A stretch of 64,000 nt of DNA from Octopus sinensis (lineage: Eukaryota). The DNA is taken from contig NC_043020.1 of the NCBI RefSeq assembly GCF_006345805.1, positions 19,654,001 to 19,718,000 of the forward strand, written 5' to 3'. The notes under the pieces were generated by a model. The model saw only the letters and a program-made list of their open reading frames with translations. It had not been told where the DNA came from and did not search any database. Positions 39,450 to 51,624 of the stretch are shown here, one piece after another (position 1 is the first letter of the stretch; each line of letters starts with the position of its first letter). The position numbers were made by a program, and so were the translations under genes.

Positions 39450-40110
39450 CATTGGGTTGCGGTTGCCCTGATTCGCATGGCCCTAATCCACCACTCGTTT
39501 CTATCCTTCAATTTGCAAGGTGATTAATGTGGTTATGACCATGTCGAGGTACCCAAAGTAGAGCTTCAGTAACCAGCTCCTCCGTTTCCTGTGACGTATC
39601 CAGCAGAACAAACACTTCTTTTTCTAATGGTGTCCGATACTTTAGACAATTTCTTGTATAATCTTTCTTTGTTAGGAAGTTCTTTCCAGGACATGTTCAA
39701 AATGGCGTAGAGCATGCTCGTACTTTTGCGACAGTAAATTCAAAATGGCGTGGAGGATGCCACCCAGCATTGTTCTAAGTCTTTTGGTCGGTGTCCAGAT
39801 GCCAACACCCTGCGCACACAAATTTATTTTAATATTTATTATTTTCAAGTATCTTTTGGTCTTGACCAACTTTATAACTAGGTTTGCTTCACCGAAGAAA
39901 TAGGTCTGTTGTCTTCACCAGTTGGTTTTAAAGACCACATCCACTTCACTCTACATTGTTTAGCTTGTCCAAATATTTCAGTCAATTGATTTTATTAGAG
40001 TTATCTCCCTTATACCATTTTTATATTTTTTACCATTCAAAGAGGAAGTTTCTGTCTCCTAAGTGCTTGCATAATCTTAGATGGTCTAAGTATTTCGCCT
40101 AATTGCATCA
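39450..40110 (-). mobile_element. Second, older RTE-like LINE 3' fragment
   Basis: WTPTKRLRTMLGG; NKERLYKKLSKVSDTIRKR; WVPRHG-like post-RT motifs; followed by a (TCTA)/(TTTC) tract. Confidence 0.6.
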
Positions 40111-41107
40111 CATATCACACTCTCCTGATCAAATACTTGTCATGACACCATCACAGCATTCAAGCTACCTCAGGTTACGCGGTTTTGCACTTATAAAATT
40201 GCAAAGTATGGCCCCTTATTTTGAGATACTGTTCGTAATTTCTTTTACGAACGCTTGGATACATTTTAAGACTTAAAAAACTACAGGTTTCTCTTAGAGA
40301 AAAAGACAAAAGAAATGTTTCTCGATGTTTTAGCCAAGCTCAAAGCAGTTTACAATTTGAAAATATATACTCGCCATACATACATACACACACACACATA
40401 CGTACGTACATACATAGATTAAAGATGATGATAACTGTCAGCTCGTGACCAAGGAAGGCTATTACTGACCATTGGCCATGCAAAATGCCAGCAAAGCATG
40501 TGCATGAGGTTATCGCACCCACAGCCGGTTTCACCTGTGCTCGCTCCCGTGGCTTCCATGTTCACTGCGATTCCCTCCTATTTGAACGAGCATCGGAAAG
40601 TCGCCTCGCCGACGATTGCACAACCTAAAATTCTAGGTCCAATAAATCTTGCACACCACCTCACAGACCCTCTCCACTCTACTGACATAATCCAGAGACA
40701 AGCCAGAGCAAGATATCCAATACCAATATGAGTCACATGCTAAGGAATGTGGGAGCACCATGACCTCAAGCGCAAGCAAATGATCCCCCAGAATGTTCAA
40801 ATGCTATTCTCCGTCATATCTGGTTTTATATTAAAGTGAACTTTTCCTACAGACGTGTTTTAACAATGTCAAGTCACTTGTGAGGTCTCTTATGAGTGCT
40901 ACTGGTAACATGGATTCCAGTACAACCTGCTGCTTAGCCGAATCACCTATGTCATGACTGTGTGGTAAGGCGCTTGCTGTCCAGCCTCGTGGCTCCGAGT
41001 TCAGTTCTTCTCCGTGGTACCTCGATCATGTGTCTTCTACTATAGCCTCTGGCCTATTTAAATCGTGTGAGTGGATTTGGTAGATGGAAACTGAAAGAAG
41101 CCTGTCG

Positions 41108-41197
41108 TGTATATATATATATACATATATATGTGTGTATATATATATATACATATATATATACATATATTATACATATATATACATATATATATAC

Positions 41198-41280
<83 letters not shown>
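41108..41280. repeat. (TA)n microsatellite, tail of SINE B copy
   Basis: Direct reading. Confidence 0.95.
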
Positions 41281-41282
<2 letters not shown>

Positions 41283-41554
41283 TTAGTAGCGACCATAATA
41301 TAAGGGTCAATAAGAACAAGTGTATTGAAATAGTTATTATGGAAGATTAACAACACGTTGAGTCTAGATATTTCACACATCTTTAGATTTGTCTAATATC
41401 TATCTTTCGTGAAGATTTCAAGTGAATGGCATAAATATTTCGTAAGTTGTGAGGAAATAAACAAATAAACTTCCAAACTGCAACCACCAAAAGTTAAGGG
41501 TCACGTAGAAAAGAAAAACAATGAAAAATGGAACAAGAACAAAAAAGAAACCCT

Positions 41555-42108
41555 TACTATTAATATTTTGTGAACACCCTTTTACTATTTCTGACCGGCT
41601 GGCATCTGTTACTACATGGCTGAATTAATTTCTTGCAAAATGATGGAGTAATATTGTTCCATTCGCTTTTCGATAATTCCCAGAGTTCCTCTTGATTCTT
41701 TGGATTCCTCCTTCGCGCTTCATCTCCAATAATCTTCCAAACGTTTTCTATAGGGTCGAGATCGGGACTTTGAGGTGGCCAGTCCATAAAATCAACCCCT
41801 TCATCACTCAAAAAATCTTTGAGTCTCTTTGCAATGTGACAGGGAGCATTGTCCTGCATCAAGATAGAAGGTTGAACTGACGTTGTTGTCTAAGAATCTG
41901 CTAGTAGATTTCAGCCTTGTAAGCGAATAAGTGGACCGGCACCAGCAGCAGAGATCACTCCCCATACCATTACACTTCCTCTTTCATATTTTATTGTCTT
42001 CTTCACACATACAAGAGATAACCTTTTACCATTTCGTCGGACGTACATCACGCCAACGGAATCAATCACATTAAACTTCGATTCATCGCTAAAATAAACC
42101 TGCAACCA
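41555..42108 (-). mobile_element. Tc1-like transposase fragment
   Basis: FSDESKFN..SVMVWG; QDNAPCH..WPPQSPDLDPIENVW (DD34E-type); internal deletion. Confidence 0.85.
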
Positions 42109-42141
42109 TGTGTATATATATATATATGTATATATATATAT

Positions 42142-42597
42142 AACGTAAAGTATAGTAGCCATATCAATATGGCTAACCACTAAGGGTTGGTGTTACTGTA
42201 GCTTTTAGCCCCAGGAGATCATCGTTTCCAGCTGGCTTTAAGCACACTTTCTGTGCCCTTATGGTATTTGCAAAGGGAGGTCATCCCTCTCTCGTAAACC
42301 TAAGTGATATGCACGGACTGCAATTTCTAGGTATTTGCCTCTTGTCAACGTACGGCAATCACTGGTTTTCGATGAAAGGGGGACCTGTTTGCAAATATTT
42401 AATGTTTTCTAGAAACTGCAGTCCGTGCGTATCACTTAGGCTTACGAGAGAGGGATGACCTCCCTTTGCAAATACCATAAGAGCACAGAAAGTGTGCCTA
42501 AAGCCAGCTGGAGACGATGATCTCTTGGGGTTAAAAGCTACAGTAACACCCACCCTTAGTGGTTAGCCATATTGAGATGGCTAGTATACTTTACGTT
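42142..42597. repeat. Foldback element with 189-bp inverted arms
   Basis: 42142-42330 vs 42409-42597 reverse complement: 11 mismatches counted by eye, 78-nt spacer. Confidence 0.9.
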
Positions 42598-42644
42598 TTC
42601 GAGCGGTTACTGTTTACATCTCGTTCAGAGATTTATCATTGTTA

Positions 42645-43483
42645 TGTATATATATATATATGTATATATATATGTATGTATATATATATATATTATGTAT
42701 ATGTATATATGTGTATATATATATGTATATATATTGTATATATATATAGTATATATATATGTGTATATATATATATGTGTATATATATCTGTATATATAT
42801 ATGTGTATATATATATATGTATATATATATATGTATATATATGTATATACATGTATATATATATATATATGTATGTATGTATATATATGTATATATGTAT
42901 GTATGTATGTATATATATATATATGTATGTATATATATATATGTATGTATATATAACATAAGGGACTAAAGCCATCACGGCGTCCTTTAAAGGACGCCGT
43001 GATGGTGTCAAGCCTATCTGGCGACGTTGATGTTCGCCTGGGGCTAAATGCAACAGTAACACCCCCACCACCCTGCCCTGTCCCTAGCCATATTCAGATG
43101 GCTTTAGTCCCTTATGTTATGGAGCAGTTACTGTCTATATCTCATTTAGAGAATTATTATATATGTATATATATATATATGTATGTATATATATATGTAT
43201 GTATATATATATGTATGTATATATATATATGTATGTATATATATATGTATGTATGTATATGTATGTATATATATGTATGTATGTATATATATATATATAT
43301 ATGTATGTATATATGTATGTATATATATATGATGTATGTATATATGTATGTATATATATATATGTATGTATATGTATGTGTATATATATATATAATATGT
43401 ATATGTATGTGTATATATATATATATAGTATATGTATGTGTATATATATATATAATATATATATGTATGGATATATATATATG

Positions 43484-43559
<76 letters not shown>

Positions 43560-43610
43560 TATGTATATGTATGTATATGTATGTATATATATATGTATAT
43601 ATATTATATG

Positions 43611-43642
<32 letters not shown>

Positions 43643-43667
43643 ATGTATATATATATGTATATGTAGT

Positions 43668-43698
<31 letters not shown>

Positions 43699-44024
43699 TA
43701 TGTATATATATATGTATGGATATATATATGTATATATATATATATATAGATATATGTATGTATAATATATATATATGTATGTATTATATATATATATATA
43801 TAGTATATATATATATATTATATATATGTATGTATATATATATATGTATGTATATATATATATGTATATATATGTATATATATATAGTATGTATATATAT
43901 ATATGTATATATATATATGGATATATATATATATATGTATATGTATATATATTGTATATATATATATATGTATGTATATATATATATGTATGTATATGTA
44001 TGTATAATATATATGTATGTATAT

Positions 44025-44075
<51 letters not shown>

Positions 44076-44120
44076 TGTATATATATTATATATATATATG
44101 TATGTATATATATATATATG
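42645..44120. repeat. Large (TA)n/(TATG)n tract, interrupted by the foldback element at 42952-43145
   Basis: Direct reading; source of the spurious 356-aa Y/I/M/C ORF. Confidence 0.95.
42952..43145. repeat. Related foldback element with 24-bp outer inverted arms and a perfect 34-bp palindrome
   Basis: ATAACATAAGGGACTAAAGCCATC...GATGGCTTTAGTCCCTTATGTTAT; palindrome at 42972-43005; shares CAGTAACACC..TAGCCATATT..GTTACTGT with 42540-42640. Confidence 0.8.
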
Positions 44121-44526
44121 TACGTGTAGATGTTTGTGTTTGTTCCTCCAACATCGCTTGACAACCAATGCTGATGTGTTTACGTCCCCGTAACGTAGCG
44201 GTTCGGCAAAAGGGAGTAGAGAATATGGGTGTGTTTATTCATATACCAAACGCGCGCATAAAGGAGAGAGTGAGAGAGAAAGAGAGAGATGACAACAGAA
44301 AACAGCAGCAGCAGCATAACAGCCGCGATAACTCTTACTGTCAAATGCAAACATTTAATGGCGAGTTGAGTCGGTAACGGAATAAATTCATGCTTAGAAA
44401 AGGACGAATTCAAGACTTCCATATGACAACCGACATTAGTCCTTACATAACCAAATATTTCTTGTGGCTCTGACCCTCGATTTGTGTTTCTTTTTTCGTT
44501 CATTCGTCGTCATATTCGTCTTCGAA

Positions 44527-45021
44527 ATGGGTAACTCCAACATCAAACAACACATTGAGACAGCTTCTAAGACTGGTGCCTGCCAGCTGACACTTCGTAA
44601 ACTGAGGGAACTGCCTCCAGAGCTCATGCAACTTTCAAAAACCCTACGAACTCTAGACGTGTCCAACAATAACCTCCAACGTTTGTGCCCACCCGACCTG
44701 GGTCAGTTTACAATGCTGAAACAGTTGACCGCCAGCCACAATTCTCTCTGCCAGCTTCCTGACGCTGAACTCAAACATTTAAAGAAGCTCGAATGTCTTT
44801 CTGTTGATAACAACTATCTCACCCGATTACCCGCTTCACTGGGCAGCTTGACCGCGTTAAGGACTATTAATTTGTCCAACAACAAAATTGATGTTTTCCC
44901 CGAACAACTGTGTCAGCTTCTAAACCTCGACTCTGTCAACTTGTCTTGCAACCATATCACTCGACTGCCTTCCAGCATCAACAGTCTCCAAGCTATCGAA
45001 CTTAATTTAAACCAGAACCAG
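44527..45021 (+). CDS. LRRC57: LRRC57 coding exon 1 (leucine-rich repeat protein 57)
   Basis: gaaATGG start; MGNSNIKQHIETASKTG... (MGNS myristoylation-type N-terminus), tandem LRRs, ends IELNLNQNQ|gtaaga; 495 bp. Confidence 0.95.
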
Positions 45022-45884
45022 GTAAGATATTTTAACAGACGTCACAAACGTCTGTTATTCAACAGAGGTGTGTGTGTGTATGTGTGTGTAACCGATATTG
45101 TTTATCCGCAAGCACAAGTCAACCTTGATCCGCTAGTTTAAAGCTATTTCTACTGTGATTATAATATCTTTTTAAGGTTATGCAGAATTATATTAACTAA
45201 TGTGTCCTTGTTCTATTTAACACAAAAAGGTGGCATTTGAGGGAGATTTAGGTTGCTGTTTCTAACAGGTCGAACGACCACGTAGTCTCGTTCATTGATT
45301 CCGTGGATTATAGCGAAGTAGAGCAGTACAAATATAGTGTAGAAAGACAATGCGTGAAGTGAGGTGTAGCTGTTGTTTAACCCCGGGTCAGACTAATTTA
45401 GCAAATCTATGGTGAAAAGCGTCCTAATCGCAACGTTGTCTGTTTTCTTTTTTTTGTTTTTTTTTATAGTATATTAAGTTGTGATTATTTTCACTATAAG
45501 TGCTTTTTGGTAAGAGAAAGCTTGAACTGTCAATCTTTTCCTTGTAAGACTTTTACTAAAAAGTATTGTATATTTCTTCGATTAATAGGAATTTTTTTTG
45601 TATATAGCCTGACATCAATACGTGTGTATACATAGATATACGCGCGCGCGCGCGCGCGAACGTGTTATTATTTCACACCCATCTTTTAGGCTGGCATGTG
45701 TTAAATAGGAAAGCAGGGGAGAGAATCGGGAGAAATTGATTTTTACACCGTGACCAACATTTGTTTGTGATGCTTGTACATCTGTCAAACCTAGTCATGC
45801 CAAAAGAGAGGAGAATGGGCCAAGTAACAAAAAAAAAGAAAAACCTTAGGAAATTACTGCAGTATGTGCTATATTATATGAACG

Positions 45885-46740
45885 AGGGGGGGGGGTGATG
45901 AAAGGTTCCTTGGATTCAAGGAAAGCGCTGTTACCTTTGCAGGGGAGGTAGGACAACTATTTAGGAAGAAAAATCTTGATGGTATACAATACATCTCACT
46001 TTTTTATTTTGCTGATTTAGCTCACAGTGGCAGGTCCTACAGTGGGTTTTAGTAAAATTGAAGCACTGGCGGTCATAAAATTTCTCTTTTTGCAAAATAA
46101 AGGAGCAGCGGAAATATATGGCAAAGTGAAGGATGTTTTGAAGAATGGCTGCTCATCTTACTCCACAGTGAAAATCTGGGTGTCATGGTTTTGGACTGGT
46201 CGTTTCGAGGTCACAGGTAAAACCCTGTCAGGGCAGCCAACTTCCACAGCTATAGAGGACAAAACCGATGCTGTGCATATCCTGATTCTCAAGAACCACT
46301 GAATTTCAGCTGAAGTCATAGCTGAGACTGGGGATTTCCTGTGCAAAAGTTGACATCACCCACATCGTTCTGCAAAGTGGGCGTCAAAATGCCTGAGCTC
46401 ATAGATCAGAAGTGCATCAGAGGGACAACATCAAAGGAGATTTTGGATTGGTTTGCAGCAGGAGAGGCTGATTTTATGGTTCATTTCATCACCATGGATG
46501 AAACTTGACTTCATTATGACCCTGCCCCCAGACCAAGCAGCAATCAGTGGAGTGGTACCACAGCAATTCACTGTATCCCAAGAAGTTTCAGACCCCGAAG
46601 TCTGCTGGAAAGATTCTGGTTTCAGTGTTCTGGGACAAAGATACAGCACCTGAGCACTGTATGCAATAATTTCATTATCATTATTATAAAATATCTGCCA
46701 AAAGGTTGCAACATCAATGCAGAATACTACTCATTTTGCC
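45885..46740 (+). mobile_element. mariner-like transposase remnant in the LRRC57 intron
   Basis: ALAVIKFLFLQ..SYSTVKIW..SGQP (HTH); FITMDET; KILVSVFWD-like motif; stops. Confidence 0.75.
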
Positions 46741-48589
46741 CCTGCTAAATTTGTCTTCTATATGGTCAAAGAGAATGATGTTCATCTTTGGAAATAGTGT
46801 TCAGATTATGTTATAATGTTTTTAATGCATTTAGAGAATGTCATTTGTTTAGCTGATATAGTTTCTGTAAGGCTGTAAACATTTGTAAAAAATATATTTT
46901 GTCGCAAAGTCAAAAATGTAGTAAAAACTCCTCATTGTGCCCCACTCTACCTTTTATCTTTTACTTCTTTTAGTCATTGTATTGCAGCTGTGCTGGGGCA
47001 TCACCTTGAAGGGTCTTAGTCAGACAAATCAACCCCATTACTTACTTTTTTAAGCTGGGTACTTATTCTATCAATATCTTTTGCCAAACTGCTATGTTAA
47101 GGTGACAAACCTACACCGACTGTCAAGCTGTTGGTGGGGTCAAACACAAAGATATACAAATAGATTTATATATGACGGGCTTCTTTCAGTTTCCACGTAC
47201 CAAATGAACTCACAAGGCATTAGTCAGTCCAAGGCTATAGTAGAAGACATTCTGCCCAGGTGTCAAGCTGAGGGACTAAACCCAAAACCACATGGTTAGG
47301 AAGCAATCTTCTTAACCACACAGCCACGCCTATGTCTATAGCCACACACACACCAAACAGTTAAGAAGTTCGACTTGCTAAAATGAAGTCCCGCTGTGTA
47401 GCATCATTAGGTAGTGTCTTTTAGCTTAGCCTTTTACCATATAAGGGAAATTATGAAAACCCATCTGATGGACTGTGCATGTAATTCAAAGAACCACCCT
47501 ATTACGTACTTTATCATACAGATTCTGCCAAAGGATTACATCAAGGTACAAATGTCTGTGGAATACTCTGCCAGTTTATTATACTACGAGTTGGTAGCTC
47601 AGGTGATTGGAAATCAATAAAGAATCCATTTATTTCACTTACATGTGCAAGGTGACTAGTGAGAAATAGCAGTCAAGACACACCCTGCAATTTTAGAAAC
47701 AGAGAGCATTGGCTGATATAGTCCTAGATTACAATGTTTAGAATAACTATATGATAGCCACATCTGGATCACTTTTAGTCAGGGGTGTTTTTAATCTGAA
47801 GTGATTTTATTCATGTCAGATGCCTCACTTTCATCACATTGTAAAATGAAGCTTTGCTTCCTAAACTGTAGGTGTAAGGAAATTTAATTAAAAAAAAAGC
47901 TCTGGGTTTCAAATTTGATCCCACTGAATTGGTACCTTGGGGTGACTAAAGCCTTGTAAATGAAATTCTGTAGACAAAAGCTAAGTGGAAATTTTAGAGA
48001 ACTGGTTCTGTTTTGTATGGTAGACATCGTCCTTTGTTTTCCTCAGCACCACCCGGTATTTGGGCCCTTTTAGCAGACTCCACACTCAACTGCAAATATT
48101 CACATGAAGTCATCCATCATTTAAGTCAGCAAAGTGGCAAAAACTGTAAAGTGTTGGACTAAATGTGGAGCAGTATGTAGATAGGTACAGGTGTTGCTAA
48201 GTGGTAAGAAGCTTGCTTCCCAACCACATGGTTCTGGGTTCAATCCCACTGCATAGCAACTTCTACTATAGCCCCCAGGCCCACCAAAGCTTTGTGAGTG
48301 GATTTGGCAGAAGGAAACTGAAAGAAGCTCATTGTGTGTGTGTGTCCCACCACCACTTGACAACTAATGTTGGTTTATTTACATTCTTGTAATGTAGCAG
48401 TTTGGCAGGTGAGACTGATAGAATAAGTACCAGGTTTTAATAAAGAAAAAGTAAGTACTGGGTTTGATTCATTCAAATCAAGATGGTGTCCCGGCATGGC
48501 CACAGTCCAAATAAAAGGAAAGGTAAAAGGCAGTATCTGTGTTATTTTGAGTTCAAATCTCACCCAAACTGACTTTGAATTTATCATAT

Positions 48590-50985
48590 ATATACATATC
48601 TGAGAGGGCCACTATAAAAAGCAGTGGTCCCAACTCAGTGCCCTGTGGAAAGCCGCTCACTATTTGTGTGTTCATAGAGTGGCCCCATTAGCCACTACTG
48701 CCTGACTCCTATCTTTCAGGAAGTTATGTTTTCCAGCTGTGCCAAGGTCACACAGTTTGTGGCATATCATACCATGATCCACCTTGTCAAAAGCTTTTGC
48801 AAAATCAAGGTATATTACGTCCACATTTGATTTGTTGAGTAACTGCCTCAACACCCAATCATAATGTTGTAAGTGCTGGGTCAGGCAGCTCCTACCTGGT
48901 CGAAAACCATACTGGGTATTACTCAGCAAGTTATTTTTTTTTCAAGGAATACGATTAGTTTCCCTCTGACTATCTGTTCCATGACTTTGCTTGATGTGTG
49001 AAGTCAGAGAGATAGGCCTATAGTTTTTGGCATCTGCTCTACTTCCTCCTTTATGTATTGGGCATATTATTCCCTCCTTCAGCTTGCTTAGCAGTTTGCC
49101 ATTTGTAAGAAAGCTCTGGAAGAGAATCTTCAGGGGTTTTGCCACGCTTTGAGGAGGATTGCTGGGAAACCATCAGGACCAGCAGTTGAGTTTGTGTCCA
49201 CTTCATCTATGGCTAGTAGTATATCTTCTTCGCTAATGTCAATGTATTCCATTGTAACTGCCTCGCTGGTTATAGGTAACGCGGCAAAGAAATCCACTGG
49301 TTCGTTCACTGGTTTGTGCTCCAACGGGGTGGTAAAGACACTTTTTAACTGGTCATTCAGTATCTCACTGATCTTACTTGGACTGTCTGTGAGGGAGCCA
49401 TCTTGTGTACTGAGGCTGTTTCTTTTGCATAATGAAAGAAGGCCTTTAGGTTTGACTTAATGTTTTTTATAACCCAGGCTTCTTTGTCTGCTTTCTCCTT
49501 CACATAGGATTGTTGCAGCCTTTTTTCTATCTCTATCAGTGTTGTTTTTAGGTAGAACATTTCGCTACTTTTGGGATGTTGGTTGAGTTGATTTGCAACC
49601 TTCGTCCGTCGTCTCATGAGGATCTTCCTCTCTTTTGGAATCTTGCTCATATTTTTTTTTGGCCTTGTGCCAATCTGCTTTGTGGAAGTTCAGATTGGAG
49701 AGATTTCGAGTGCTTCCTTTAGTCTCTGGTTACTTTCGGCCCAAACATAGACAGCTCTATTATGTGATCTGAGACTAATGTCGGTGTCAATTTCACATCA
49801 TGAATGATGTCCATATTGTTTGTGAAGCAGAGATCCAGAATGTTATTGCCCTAGTTGGTCTGAGTACAGATTGCTCCATGAATAGGGTATTGGTGAGGTT
49901 GAGCAGGGACTCCACCTGTGCTTGCTTGCAATGAGTCATTCCTGAGAGTATGAGATGTTCAGGAAGTTGAAATCACCCATAAGAAATATGGTCACATGGT
50001 GTTCCAGATTCATAAGGATTTCTTTAATTCTTCTGAGGCAGTCTTCAAACTTGCCTATGTGACTTGGGGCATCCGGTGGGCAATATGTATTGCATATGAC
50101 TATATTATGTTGTCTTATGTATACAATTAGAGTGTCACATACCGAATTTGAGTATGACATACGAATTTGAGTGTGAGGTCATCACAGATGTATACAGCAA
50201 CTCCATCATGGCTCCTTTCCTTTCTGTCTGTTCGCAGTATGGCATAGTTTGGTACATGTACTTCTGCGTCCTCTATATCAGGGCTGAGGTGGGTTTGCAT
50301 GAGTGCTATGCATAGGGCTTGATTGCATGCAGTAAGATCTCCCAGGAAAGAATTTTTGATTTTATTTTGATGCAACAGGCCCCCAATATTTAGTAAAAGT
50401 ATTGGGGTGACGACTGTGCAGGCGTTAGGGGAGGCCATCCCATGTCTGTTGACTGTGGTGGTCTTGCATAGTGGTGGGCAAGGTTCCTTCTCTGTGCCTG
50501 GTGTAGCCAGATTAGCTGCTGGACAATCCTTTGCGCCATGCATAAAAAAGACTCTTGCTCAGCTGCTGCGTTGTGCAGAACATCTGAGGAGCACACTTCT
50601 TTTCTGAATGTTTTCCTGGGAGACATTTCTTGTCTTTCCTCAGTAAAGTTTTTCTCTTTAAGGCCCCTGTAGTTCTGGCGGGGTGTTGGATGGGCAAACC
50701 AACAGTTTTTGCCGTCCTCCCAATGCCAAAATTTGCCCTGCAGGTAAAATTTACAGGTTCTTGGGTGCCTTCCAGATTTCTTCTTTCCTTTAGGGTTTTC
50801 TGTTGTTTGTTTGGTGGGTTGGGGTTTCAGTTTTGGTTGTTTTGCCTTTTCCTTCCTTTGCTTCTTTATTTTTGTTTTCTGTCCTTCCTTTTTACTTCTG
50901 TTTTTCTAATGGGGTGAGGGCTCTGTTCCTTTGTAGGACCACTGGCACAGGGGAACTTCCAGTTACTGCTTCTTTAGCTCCCCAG
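48590..50985 (-). mobile_element. CR1/L2-group LINE, degenerate: ORF1 C-terminal part (CCCH-type fingers), APE endonuclease, RT truncated before YADD
   Basis: CKFYLQGK..NCWFAHP; LLLNIGGL..QTHLSPDI..YAILRTDR..GVAVYI; GDFN; LDLCF..SDH; GPDG; NYRPISLTS; QYGFRPGRSC; YLDFAKAFDKVDH; GFPQGTELGPLLF; many stops and frameshifts. Confidence 0.9.
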
Positions 50986-51091
50986 AATAATATGGAACGC
51001 TTCACGAATTTGCGTATCATCCTTGCGCAGGGGCCATGCTAATCTTCTCTGTATTGTTCCAAATTTAGAATATGTACCGGCGTAGCTAGTG

Positions 51092-51092
<1 letters not shown>
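50986..51092 (-). pseudogene. RNU6: U6 snRNA retrocopy (near full length) fused to a LINE
   Basis: Minus strand reads GTACATATTCTAAATTTGGAACAATACAGAGAAGATTAGCATGGCCCCTGCGCAAGGATGATACGCAAATTCGTGAAGCGTTCCATATTATT. ACAGAGA box, AGC triad and ISL are present; several substitutions, degenerate 5' stem, interrupted U-tail, no recognisable PSE. Confidence 0.92.
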
Positions 51093-51123
<31 letters not shown>

Positions 51124-51141
51124 TATATATACACACACACA

Positions 51142-51172
<31 letters not shown>

Positions 51173-51217
51173 TATATATATATACACACACACATATATA
51201 TATATACACACACACAC

Positions 51218-51264
<47 letters not shown>

Positions 51265-51267
51265 CAC

Positions 51268-51338
<71 letters not shown>
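51093..51338. repeat. (TA)n/(CA)n microsatellite between the SINE and the U6 copy
   Basis: Direct reading. Confidence 0.95.
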
Positions 51339-51345
<7 letters not shown>

Positions 51346-51624
51346 ACCGACCAGACCATCAGATGTTGTTACACATCGCTGGTCACAATGCGTTCGCATT
51401 GTTTTAGCCTTCGAATGACGTCACCCCACTAGCTAAGCGAGCAGGCCAACAGAAGAAAGAGTGGTGAAAGAGTACAGCAGGGATGACCACCCCCTGCAGG
51501 AGCCTCGTGGAGCTTTTAGGTGTTTTCGCTCAATAAACACTCACAACGCCCGGTCTGGGACTCGAAACCGCGATCCTGCGACCGGGAATCCGCTGCCCTA
51601 ACCACTAGGCCATTGCGCCTCCAC
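51339..51624 (-). mobile_element. tRNA-derived SINE, apparently complete, with (TA/TG)n tail
   Basis: Head GGAGGCGCAATGGCCTAGTGGTTAGGGCAGCGG...GGTTTCGAGTCCCAGACC (A and B boxes); body ends GGTCGGTCACGTGA then microsatellite. Confidence 0.85.

Noticed and set aside
42590-42640. Hammerhead-like CTGAACGA..CTCGAAA on the minus strand of the foldback end
   Set aside because: The core has an extra base, there is no stem I pairing, and the related copy at 43120-43145 lacks GAAA.
42999-44161. 356-aa and overlapping Y/I/M/C-rich ORFs (similar ones at 21756-22275, 41054-41380, 50974-51399)
   Set aside because: Translations of (TA)n/(CA)n microsatellites, which lack stop codons in some frames.
44464-44526. 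Upstream extension of the LRRC57 ORF given in the ORF track
   Set aside because: Homology and the MGNS N-terminus place the start at ATG 44527; the track's extension past 45021 is intron read-through.
50986-51092. Functional U6 gene, or a U6-targeting transposon insertion (Dada/Utopia style)
   Set aside because: It has substitutions, a broken terminator and no PSE; U6 is whole rather than split, and the neighbour is an APE-RT LINE joined at the U6 3' end.
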